Part shown: in pieces, positions 55,507-63,587 of the stretch
How the letters are laid out: each line of letters opens with the position of its first letter
Numbering within the stretch: position 1 is the stretch's first letter
NCBI GenBank assembly: GCA_016184225.1
Contig: JACPDA010000005.1
Coordinates: 3,590-67,589, forward strand
Origin: Candidatus Daviesbacteria bacterium
GTDB lineage: Bacteria; Patescibacteriota; Microgenomatia; Daviesbacterales; UBA10151
Length of the DNA stretch: 64,000 bases
Direction of reading: 5' to 3'
Notes under the pieces: generated by a model
What the model saw: only the letters and a program-made list of their open reading frames with translations
Told to the model about the DNA's origin: nothing
Database searches by the model: none
Position numbers and translations under genes: made by a program

Positions 55507-56169
55507 ATGATTGAAAGAATTTGTCAGTGGTTAGAAAGAGGGGTAATGATAGGGACGGCAATTGTTAACCCTGCTGCAGCACCAGCCAGTAGTATTTCGG
55601 CAGAGGTCCTTGGGCAGTTAGCATCTCCTCAAGTTGTGGTTATACCAGGCTCTATGCCCTCACAAAGGCTAAGTACCATTAGCTCCAATTTGGATATTAG
55701 GCTCTTTCTTATCGGTAGTTTCCCCAATAGGCCCGAAAATCTCTTAGATGAATTGCCTTTAGAAAATGCCAAGGTTAATTTAGGCGATCAGGTTACACCC
55801 GGAGTCAGAATCTATGTTGTAAATAAAAAAGAAAGTTATCCTGCTGAACTTATTGTGGAGACAAAAGTACAGACTCAAGGAGTGGAAGCAAAAGCTTGTA
55901 CATTACCCCCAAGCATAGATTGTACGCTCAAAGCTCCGTTAGATGTCAGTGTTTCTCTTAGAACGGTAGCATTAGGCCTTCCAGGGGTAGGCTTGATCGA
56001 AGAGAATTCTCTTACCAGGATTGAGGCGATACGGGGATTTGGGAGGGAGCATATCATAATAAGAGTAAAGGATAAAGCTAATGAGAATGTACTCTTTGAA
56101 CAACAAGTAGATGTAACTGTATTACCGGAACAGACACAGTTTTTACCCCTTTTGCAAGTTAGCCGCTAA
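55507..56169 (+). CDS. Hypothetical protein
   Basis: 220-aa ORF. Confidence 0.5.
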   Translation: MIERICQWLERGVMIGTAIVNPAAAPASSISAEVLGQLASPQVVVIPGSMPSQRLSTISSNLDIRLFLIGSFPNRPENLLDELPLENAKVNLGDQVTPGVRIYVVNKKESYPAELIVETKVQTQGVEAKACTLPPSIDCTLKAPLDVSVSLRTVALGLPGVGLIEENSLTRIEAIRGFGREHIIIRVKDKANENVLFEQQVDVTVLPEQTQFLPLLQVSR

Positions 56170-56202
56170 ATTAATTATCTGAAAGTAGATAGAGTTGGTC
56201 AT

Positions 56203-56238
56203 GGTTACAACTAGTCGCTATAGCGATCCATTGTAACC
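56203..56238 (+). repeat. 36-bp palindromic direct repeat upstream of PaaX-like gene 3
   Basis: ggttacaactagtcgctatagcgatccattgtaacc; 30/36 identical to 56821-56856. Confidence 0.85.
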
Positions 56239-56271
56239 TTAGTTAGAATCTGCTATTGTATATTTACACTT

Positions 56272-56832
56272 ATGAATGACAAAAAAATTCTAACAAGAGA
56301 GGTTTTAAAAGTGATTGCAGTAAGTGGGATATTAATCGGTTCTGCTTTTCTGCCCACCCTACCTATGGCTGCCGGGGCAGTTATCAAAGCCTGGAAAGAT
56401 ATAAATAAAAAGGATCTTGGAAGAATAATCAAAAGGCTTGAAAAGCAGGAGATGATCTTTATGGAAGAAAGGGCTGACGGTAAGATGGCAATACAGATTA
56501 CTGATAAAGGTAGGAAAAGGTTATTGGAATATGATTTTGAGAATATAGAACTGAAGACTAAAAGACGTGATGGGAAATGGAGGTTGGTGATATTTGATAT
56601 CCCGGAGGACAAGAAAAATGCCAGGGATGTTTTTAGAAGAAAACTTTTACAACTGGATTTTATCAGGCTTCAAGACAGTGTTTTTGCTAGTGCTTATCCT
56701 TGTAAGGCGGAAGTGGATTTTTTGTGTCATTTCTTGGGAATCTCAGATTTTGTAACCTTAGTTTCTTTAAATAAAATAGAAAGAGGGGAACAACTGATTT
56801 GGAAAAAGTATCGAGACTTTGGTGACAATTAG
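56272..56832 (+). CDS. PaaX-like protein (wHTH + Cas2/VapD-like domain)
   Basis: 'ITDKG', 'DGKWRLVIFDIPE', 'LQDSVF'. Confidence 0.85.
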   Translation: MNDKKILTREVLKVIAVSGILIGSAFLPTLPMAAGAVIKAWKDINKKDLGRIIKRLEKQEMIFMEERADGKMAIQITDKGRKRLLEYDFENIELKTKRRDGKWRLVIFDIPEDKKNARDVFRRKLLQLDFIRLQDSVFASAYPCKAEVDFLCHFLGISDFVTLVSLNKIERGEQLIWKKYRDFGDN

Positions 56833-56856
56833 TCGCTATCGCGACTCAATGTAACC
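56821..56856 (+). repeat. 36-bp direct repeat overlapping the stop of PaaX-like gene 3
   Basis: ggtgacaattagtcgctatcgcgactcaatgtaacc. Confidence 0.85.
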
Positions 56857-56864
56857 AGAAAAAT

Positions 56865-56893
56865 TTGACATGAGTCATGAGAATTGTTAATAT
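56865..56893 (+). promoter_or_regulatory. Sigma70 promoter for the T-box-GNAT-proS unit
   Basis: TTGACA-N17-TAATAT with extended TG. Confidence 0.6.
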
Positions 56894-56904
56894 AATAATG
56901 TTAA

Positions 56905-57144
56905 TAAAAGCGTTGAAGTTTGGTTTCCCGCCAAACAAGCTGCATACGATGAGTATGACGGAAGGATACCGTAAAAATAAATCCAAAGTGTGTCGGTAAC
57001 GGAGCACTAACAAGAAGTTTCTTGGAAGTTACTCCACCGCAAGGTGGATTTTTTAAGGCAAGAAATTAAAAACAAGGTGGTAACGCGAGAAGCCTCGCCC
57101 TTGTCCCGAACCAAGAAGGTTCAGGATTGGGGGGAGGTTTTTTT
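56905..57144 (+). promoter_or_regulatory. T-box riboswitch (Pro-specific, short Stem I)
   Basis: T-box AACAAGGTGGTAACGCG...CGCCCTTGT antiterminator; overlapping terminator ending in a T run; Stem I gtttgg-tttCCCg-ccaaac. Confidence 0.85.
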
Positions 57145-57564
57145 ATGGTCAGAAAAGCAAAAAGATCAGATTTAAATAAAATTCTCAGGCTCTTAAAATA
57201 TGGGGCTAGCAGCGGCAAAGTTTTAACCAGGTCTAAGTCTGATATGCTGCAAAACATTAATAACTTCTTTGTTTGTGTGGAAGACAACTTAGTTATTGGT
57301 TGTGTTAGTTTGGATATCTATAGTCCAAAACTGGCAGAGATCAGGTCTTTAGTGGTTGATTTCGCTTACCAACGGAAAGGAATTGGATCCTTGCTGGTGC
57401 AAACTTGTTTGATGGAAGCTAAAAAACAAGGAATTTTTGAAATTTTGGCTATTACGGATAAAGATCAATTTTTTAAAGGATTGGGCTTTAGAAAAAGCAT
57501 AGAGGAAAAACATCCTATGTTCCTGAAGTTAGATGTTGGGTATAATAAAAGAGAGGTGATATGA
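57145..57564 (+). CDS. GNAT N-acetyltransferase (short ArgA-like)
   Basis: 'LAEIRSLVV...YQRKGIGSLL', 'FFKGLGF'. Confidence 0.85.
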   Translation: MVRKAKRSDLNKILRLLKYGASSGKVLTRSKSDMLQNINNFFVCVEDNLVIGCVSLDIYSPKLAEIRSLVVDFAYQRKGIGSLLVQTCLMEAKKQGIFEILAITDKDQFFKGLGFRKSIEEKHPMFLKLDVGYNKREVI

Positions 57565-58817
57565 AATACTCAAGACTGTTTCCTAAAACTTTAAAACAGG
57601 TTCCGAGCGGAGCAGAGTCCTTAAACCACCAACTCTTAGTAAGAGCCGGATTTATCCATCAGGAAATGGCCGGGGTTTATACCTATTTGCCTTTAGGTTG
57701 GAAGGTGTTGGATAAAATTTCAGATATTGTCCGGGAAGAGATGAATGCTATTGGTGGGCAAGAGATATTCATGCCGGTTCTCCACCCCGGCGAAAATTGG
57801 AAGAAAACCGGGAGATTCAAAAGTTTTGATGTGTTATATAAATTAAAAGGAGCCGGGGATAAAGACTTGGTGCTTGGTCCTACCCATGAGGAAATCATCT
57901 ATCCTTTGCTTGCCGAGTATATAAATTCTTATAAAGATTTACCGCTTTATTTGTATCAAATCCAGACCAAATTCCGTGATGAGCCCAGGGCAAAAGCAGG
58001 CCTGCTCCGTGGCCGTGAATTTTTGATGAAAGATTTATACAGTTTTCATACCGACGATGATGACAGGGATGAGTATTACAAAAAAGTCCGAGAAGCATAT
58101 TTCAAAATTTTTAAAAGGATAGGGATTCCAGTTGTAAAGACAAAAGCCAGCGGGGGAACTTTTTCTGATCTTTCCGAAGAATTTCAGACACTTACTCCTT
58201 CAGGAGAAGATACAGTATTTGTCTGCAGCAAATGCGGGGCTGCTTTTAACGAAGAAATTATCAAAGGCAAAAATTGTCTTGATTGCGGTGGGGATTTGAA
58301 AAAAGAGAAGGCAATTGAGGTGGGAAATATTTTTCCGCTGAAGCGGGCATACGCAGAGGTCTTCAATCTGTATTTTACTGATAAGGCAGGAGAAAAGAGA
58401 ATTGTCTCTGCCGGCTGTTTTGGTCTGGGGATTTCCAGAACAATGGGAGCAATTGTAGAGGTTTCCCATGATGAGAAGGGAATTATCTGGCCGGAAAGCG
58501 TAGCTCCGTTTAAGGTTCATATAGTGGGGTTGGATCTGGAAGATAAAACAGTTATGGGTGAAGCTGAAAAGATTTACAAATTGCTTCAAGTCGCAGATCC
58601 TGAGCGTAGTCGAAGGACTGAAGGTGTGGAGGTATTGTTTGATGACAGGGTTAATGTGTCTGCCGGAGTTAAATTTGCAGATGCAGACCTAATTGGAATT
58701 CCATATCGGGTGGTTGTTTCCAAAAAGACTGGAGATAAATTAGAGGTGAAGAAAAGATCGGGAAAAGAAACGATGTTTAAAACTTTAGAGCAGCTGGTTG
58801 ATATAGTTTGTTCTTAA
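57561..58817 (+). CDS. proS: Prolyl-tRNA synthetase (short, no INS editing domain)
   Basis: 'LLVRAGFI', 'GPTHEE', 'KFRDEPR..GLLRGREFLMKDLYSF'. Confidence 0.95.
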   Translation: MKYSRLFPKTLKQVPSGAESLNHQLLVRAGFIHQEMAGVYTYLPLGWKVLDKISDIVREEMNAIGGQEIFMPVLHPGENWKKTGRFKSFDVLYKLKGAGDKDLVLGPTHEEIIYPLLAEYINSYKDLPLYLYQIQTKFRDEPRAKAGLLRGREFLMKDLYSFHTDDDDRDEYYKKVREAYFKIFKRIGIPVVKTKASGGTFSDLSEEFQTLTPSGEDTVFVCSKCGAAFNEEIIKGKNCLDCGGDLKKEKAIEVGNIFPLKRAYAEVFNLYFTDKAGEKRIVSAGCFGLGISRTMGAIVEVSHDEKGIIWPESVAPFKVHIVGLDLEDKTVMGEAEKIYKLLQVADPERSRRTEGVEVLFDDRVNVSAGVKFADADLIGIPYRVVVSKKTGDKLEVKKRSGKETMFKTLEQLVDIVCS

Positions 58818-58909
58818 ATTCGACGATCGTACACCATATTGTCATTAAAGTTGGCGATGCATTTCGTAGTTGAAGCCTAGTATTTTATATGATAGGATGC
58901 TGGTAAAAT

Positions 58910-59314
58910 ATGGTAGAACAGCGAACAGAACTACACAATATCGAGCGGGGGGGGTCAGCATGTCACCCGCAATCCCTTCGACGGCCTAACCTCCCGATTG
59001 AAACCGTGTCTATAAACGCTCGTCATAGCGAAACTGGATGTGCATGTATGTTATGTGGAGGTCAAACGGAAAATATCTTCGGATCGGAGGAGTGTTGGGG
59101 GAAACACAACATAATCGAAGCTCCGCAGGTCCCATTTTACAAGTGTGGGCAATGCGGACTTGAGACAGCGGAGCTCAACGCAGTTGTGGAGTTCCTTTCC
59201 CTAGCACTCAAGAAAATGTTGGAAGTGGGCGACAGATCCACTGCCAGCGCCCTCCGACAGGAATTGAAGGCCGGTCTCAAGCATCAAAAACTCTTCAACG
59301 AATCTGCCAGGTGA
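58910..59314 (+). CDS. Hypothetical YgiT/MqsA-type zinc-ribbon protein
   Basis: CMLCGG...VPFYKCGQCG. Confidence 0.5.
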   Translation: MVEQRTELHNIERGGSACHPQSLRRPNLPIETVSINARHSETGCACMLCGGQTENIFGSEECWGKHNIIEAPQVPFYKCGQCGLETAELNAVVEFLSLALKKMLEVGDRSTASALRQELKAGLKHQKLFNESAR

Positions 59315-59371
59315 GCTAAAGAGGTGAGCCATTGATTTTGGGCTCTATTTCTGGTACATTACCATCCATCA

Positions 59372-60493
59372 ATGATAGCTAAAAATATTGTTAAACAGCC
59401 AAAATCAATAGTTGAAGTAACGATTACTGTTCCCTGGAGTGATTTGCAGGTAACTTGGGATGCTACTCTGCAGCGAATGGCCGGCGAAGTTGAGTTGTCC
59501 GGTTTTAGAAAAGGGCAAGCGCCGCTTCCCATGGTAGAAGGCCAACTGGGAGTTAAACTTCAAGATGAGGTTTTGAAAGTAGCCATGCCCAATTTTCTAA
59601 TTGAAGCATTGAAAGGCACAGATATTATCCCGATTGATTATCCAAAATATGACCTGGTTTCTTTTGTGAAAGGCCAACAGTTGCAGTTTAAGGCAACCAT
59701 TACCAACAGGCCTGCCGTAACTGTCGGAAATTACAAAACTATAAAAGTTGCAAGACCGGCTCCAAAATCCGTTACTGAAGAAGAAGTCCAGAAAGTGATT
59801 GATGATTTATTTAAGAGATGGCAGACTAGGAATCCTATCAACAAGCAGGATTCTGGAGTCGCTGGCGCTCCCCAGAATGACAAAGCAGGACAAACTGGGT
59901 CGATTAGTTTTCAGGGGGGCAATCCTTCGGCAAGCTCAGGACCTGCGGCATCGGTCAATGGTCAGGCAGATGCGCCAAATGATGAGTTTGCCAAAGCCAT
60001 GGGAGCTTTAAGTTTGTCAGACTTAAAATCCAAAATCAGAAAAGACTTGGAATCCAATGTTACTTATAACAATGAATTAGATTTTGAAGAGGCGATTTTA
60101 CAGGAAGTAGAAAAAATGACAACAGTAGAACTGCCGGAAATTCTCATACAAGATGAATTAAACAGGATGTTGGTGTCTTTGCAAAGACGCGTGGCGGATA
60201 TGGGGCTTTTACTGGAGGATTACTTAAAAAGCCAAGGGAAAACTTTAGAGCAAATTAAAAGTGAGTGGAGGGTGCAGGCTGAGAAAAATGTCAGGATGGA
60301 ACTGGGTCTGGCGGAAGTGGCCAGGATGGAGAATGTGACAATTTCTGACAACGAACTCCAGGCAGAAGTAGATAAAATTCAGGACAATAAGGTTAAACAG
60401 CAATTTGAGGCTCAAGAACCAAGATTACATTTAAGACACGCTTTGCGACAAACCAGGACCCTGGATCTTCTCAAAAAGATGGTGGGAGGATAA
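59372..60493 (+). CDS. tig: Trigger factor lacking the FKBP domain
   Basis: 'GFRKGQAP' ribosome-binding motif; C-terminal SurA-like domain. Confidence 0.88.
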   Translation: MIAKNIVKQPKSIVEVTITVPWSDLQVTWDATLQRMAGEVELSGFRKGQAPLPMVEGQLGVKLQDEVLKVAMPNFLIEALKGTDIIPIDYPKYDLVSFVKGQQLQFKATITNRPAVTVGNYKTIKVARPAPKSVTEEEVQKVIDDLFKRWQTRNPINKQDSGVAGAPQNDKAGQTGSISFQGGNPSASSGPAASVNGQADAPNDEFAKAMGALSLSDLKSKIRKDLESNVTYNNELDFEEAILQEVEKMTTVELPEILIQDELNRMLVSLQRRVADMGLLLEDYLKSQGKTLEQIKSEWRVQAEKNVRMELGLAEVARMENVTISDNELQAEVDKIQDNKVKQQFEAQEPRLHLRHALRQTRTLDLLKKMVGG

Positions 60494-60825
60494 TGGATGA
60501 TTGTATTTTTTGTAAGATAATCAGAAAAGAAATACCAAAGGAGTTCTCCTTTGAATCCGATACTTTGGTGGCTTTTCCGGATATCAACCCATCCGCAGAT
60601 ATTCATATTTTGATTGTGCCAAGAGAGCATATTGGCGGGATAGCAGATTTGAACGAGTCACACGGTAAATTGCTTACTGAAATTTACAAAGCAGTTAACC
60701 AGTTGGTAAAAAGTAATAATCTGCAAGATGATTTATACAGGGTAGTCGTGAATGGGGGAAAAGCGCAACATGTGCCTCATTTACATTTTCATCTTTTAGG
60801 TGGACAATGGAAAAAGATGGTCTGA
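60493..60825 (+). CDS. HIT-family nucleotide-binding protein
   Basis: 'DCIFCKI', 'HLHFH'. Confidence 0.93.
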   Translation: MDDCIFCKIIRKEIPKEFSFESDTLVAFPDINPSADIHILIVPREHIGGIADLNESHGKLLTEIYKAVNQLVKSNNLQDDLYRVVVNGGKAQHVPHLHFHLLGGQWKKMV

Positions 60826-60854
60826 AGTTTAAACAAAAAGGAGGTGTTTTTTAA

Positions 60855-61052
60855 TTGAGTATTGTTGTCAAAGCAGGTCCGGGTGACAACACGGATTCTG
60901 TGATTAGAAAATTCCAAAAAAGAGTTGTAGCAGAAGGAATAGTTCAAGAAATTAGGGACAGGTCTGTTTATAGAAAACCATCTGAGCTTCGCCAAGAATA
61001 TCTAGCGGAGAAACGGCGAAAAATTATGCGGGCAAAAAGGTATAGTAGATAA
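60855..61052 (+). CDS. rpsU: 30S ribosomal protein S21
   Basis: 'IRKFQK...GIVQEIR.R..Y.KPS'. Confidence 0.85.
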   Translation: MSIVVKAGPGDNTDSVIRKFQKRVVAEGIVQEIRDRSVYRKPSELRQEYLAEKRRKIMRAKRYSR

Positions 61053-61059
61053 ATACGCT

Positions 61060-61515
61060 ATGTTACTTGAAGAGTTACAAGCCGATTTAAAAAATGCTCA
61101 ACTGGCTCGTGACGCAGTTAAAGTTTCTACCCTAAGATTACTCTTGTCGGAAGTTAAAAACAAAGAAATTGAGAAGGGTAATCCGCCAGCTGGCGGATTA
61201 TCTGATGATGACATAATTTCTATTGTCCAACGGGAAGTGAAGAAAAGAAAAGAAGCGGCAGCAGGCTTTAGGTCCGGTGGCAGAGAGGAATCAGCGGTGC
61301 GGGAAGAAGCTGAACTTAAGGTTTTGGAGGCTTACCTTCCGGCACAGATGGGTAGTGAGGAGTTGACTAAACTAGTGGAAGAGACTATAAATGAGTTGGG
61401 GGCAAGCTCGCTTGCAGATATGGGGAAGGCAATAGGAGCGGTAATGAGTAAGACTAAGGGGCGGACTGATGGTGGGACGGTAAGTAATTTAGTAAGAGAA
61501 AAGCTGTCAAAATAA
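61060..61515 (+). CDS. GatB/YqeY domain protein
   Basis: 'LEAYLPAQM', 'DMGKAIG', 'DGG.VS'. Confidence 0.92.
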   Translation: MLLEELQADLKNAQLARDAVKVSTLRLLLSEVKNKEIEKGNPPAGGLSDDDIISIVQREVKKRKEAAAGFRSGGREESAVREEAELKVLEAYLPAQMGSEELTKLVEETINELGASSLADMGKAIGAVMSKTKGRTDGGTVSNLVREKLSK

Positions 61516-61516
61516 T

Positions 61517-61933
61517 ATGGTTAATATCATCGTAAATTCAGACCCAAGATACAATATCAATAAGGCAAGCATCAGGGCTACAGTTTCGGAAATACTCGGA
61601 AAGCTTCGCATCTCCGGCCGTATTGAATTAGGGATTAATATTGTGGGGGATCGGAAGATGCACGAGCTTAATCGGAAATACCGAGGATTAGATACAACCA
61701 CCAACATTTTGTCTTTCGCCTTGGAAGACCCAACCCAACCTGCCAGCTTGCAACATGTTCCAAGAGTTGGTTTTGTGGCAGCACCCGATAAATGGTTAAG
61801 GTTAGGGGATATTGTTATTTCATACCCTCAAGCAGTCGAAGATGCTTCACTTGAGGGTATCTCTGTAGATGAAGAGGTGAAATACTTAGTGGAGCATGGG
61901 GTAAATCATCTCTTGGGAGTTCACCATAATTAA
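61517..61933 (+). CDS. ybeY: rRNA maturation RNase YbeY
   Basis: 'LNRKYRG..TTNILSF', 'LGDIVIS', 'HGVNHLLG.HH'. Confidence 0.92.
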   Translation: MVNIIVNSDPRYNINKASIRATVSEILGKLRISGRIELGINIVGDRKMHELNRKYRGLDTTTNILSFALEDPTQPASLQHVPRVGFVAAPDKWLRLGDIVISYPQAVEDASLEGISVDEEVKYLVEHGVNHLLGVHHN

Positions 61934-63540
61934 TGGGAAATATAGCTTATTATTTAAAGTACCGCCCCCAGAGCCTTGACGACCTAATAGGTCAAGAGGT
62001 TGTAAAAAAAACACTTCTTTCGTCTTTTCAAAACAATAAGCTAGCTCATGCCTACCTTTTTAGAGGTCCCCGAGGTACAGGTAAAACATCCACTGCCAGA
62101 ATTTTGGCCAAGATGGTTAATTGTGAGTTAGCTCGTGATTCGTTTAACATTCCATGCAACAAATGTCCTACATGTATTTCAATGACCGATGGATCCAACC
62201 TGGATTTAATTGAGATTGATGCTGCCTCTAACCGTGGCATAGAAGATATTAGGTCTTTGCGGGATAAAATTAAACTTGCTCCAACAAGTTCGAAGAAAAA
62301 AGTATACATCATTGATGAAGTTCATATGTTAACTATGGAAGCTTTTAATGCCCTTCTTAAGACTTTGGAGGAACCCCCTGAGCATGCTTTGTTTATTCTG
62401 GCAACGACCGAAGTCGGGAAAATCCCGCAGACTATCCTATCTAGGGTACAACGGTTGGATTTTAAATTGGCTAAACCCCAGGAGATTTCGGAGGCACTAA
62501 GAAAAATTATCAAAGAGGAAAAAATCGATATTGAGGAGGAAGCACTTAAGATTTTGGTAAAGCGTGCAGATGGCAGTTTTAGAGACGGAGTAAAATTCTT
62601 GGATCAGGTAAGTTCTGAAAGAAACAAAATTACAGCCAAATCTTTGGAAGAAAATTTAAAACCAACCCAATTCGAAGACCTCTTTCTGCTGATAAAAAAT
62701 TTTTCGGAAAAGGATGCAGCCAAGAGTTTGCTTAGTGTTTCAAAACAAATTGACAGTGGGGTAGAGGTTAAAGAGTTGATGTTGTCCTTAATGGATATTT
62801 TGCGAAGCTTGGTATTTATTAAAAACGGACTGGGGGGGCAATTAGTAGAACCTCAATTCACAGAAGACAAATATGAGGAAGTTGTAATGTTGTCTGCTAA
62901 TTTTTCCAATCAGGATTTAGTAAAGATGCTGGATATTTTGCAGAAAGCTATGGAAAAATTGAAGTTTGCTTTAATTCTGTCATTGCCGCTGGAGTTGGCG
63001 GTGGTAGAGATATGCGGGGAACAGTCGTCAGTCATCAGTCCCGACGAATTTCATTCATCGAGGATCCTCGAGAATCGGGATCGTCAGTCATCAGCAAAGG
63101 AAGCATCAGTACGAGAGAAATTAGATGTTGGAAGCGAGAAGTTAGATGAAGAAGTTAGAAATTCTAATCTCCAACATCCAATATCTAATGATGATATCCT
63201 CAAGCTTAAGGAGAAGTGGACTTTTGTATTGGAGACTGTCCGATCATTTAATTATTCCTTAGAAGCGCTTCTGAGGTCTGTGAATATTACTGAATGTAGC
63301 GAGGACGCAGTCATAATGGAAGTTCCGTACTCTTTCCATCAAAGAATCCTGGAAGCTCCTAAAAATAGGGATCTTTTAGAAGGGGTGTTTTCCGATATTT
63401 TAGGAAGAACTATTAGAATCTCGGTCAGTTTAGGTAACCGTCCCGAAAGGCGCGAAGACATCGCCAATATAGAATTAGCAGCAGATGATGAAATTATCCG
63501 GGCCGCTGCCGAAATCTTCAATTCCGATACTATTAATTAA
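61933..63540 (+). CDS. dnaX: DNA polymerase III subunit gamma/tau
   Basis: 'KYRPQ', 'GPRGTGKT', 'EIDAASNRG', 'IIDEVHML'. Confidence 0.97.
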   Translation: MGNIAYYLKYRPQSLDDLIGQEVVKKTLLSSFQNNKLAHAYLFRGPRGTGKTSTARILAKMVNCELARDSFNIPCNKCPTCISMTDGSNLDLIEIDAASNRGIEDIRSLRDKIKLAPTSSKKKVYIIDEVHMLTMEAFNALLKTLEEPPEHALFILATTEVGKIPQTILSRVQRLDFKLAKPQEISEALRKIIKEEKIDIEEEALKILVKRADGSFRDGVKFLDQVSSERNKITAKSLEENLKPTQFEDLFLLIKNFSEKDAAKSLLSVSKQIDSGVEVKELMLSLMDILRSLVFIKNGLGGQLVEPQFTEDKYEEVVMLSANFSNQDLVKMLDILQKAMEKLKFALILSLPLELAVVEICGEQSSVISPDEFHSSRILENRDRQSSAKEASVREKLDVGSEKLDEEVRNSNLQHPISNDDILKLKEKWTFVLETVRSFNYSLEALLRSVNITECSEDAVIMEVPYSFHQRILEAPKNRDLLEGVFSDILGRTIRISVSLGNRPERREDIANIELAADDEIIRAAAEIFNSDTIN

Positions 63541-63587
63541 ATTTACCCTTGACAATTTAAGGTTACTGACTGACAATGGTTTCTTCC

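Noticed and set aside
9200-56856. CRISPR array / CRISPR-Cas locus suggested by 36-bp repeats and Cas2-like proteins
   Set aside because: Only two repeats per locus, separated by a whole gene; no spacer array, cas1 or effector genes in the window.
573-63521. Numerous short antisense/overlapping ORFs in the six-frame track (e.g. 573-1016, 14210-14797, 41463-42029, 54345-54716)
   Set aside because: Shadow frames of well-supported genes with no recognisable motifs.
63549-63587. ZMP/ZTP riboswitch upstream of glyA (ggttactgactgac)
   Set aside because: Too short and lacking the remaining motif; better explained as a TTGACA-N17-GACAAT promoter.
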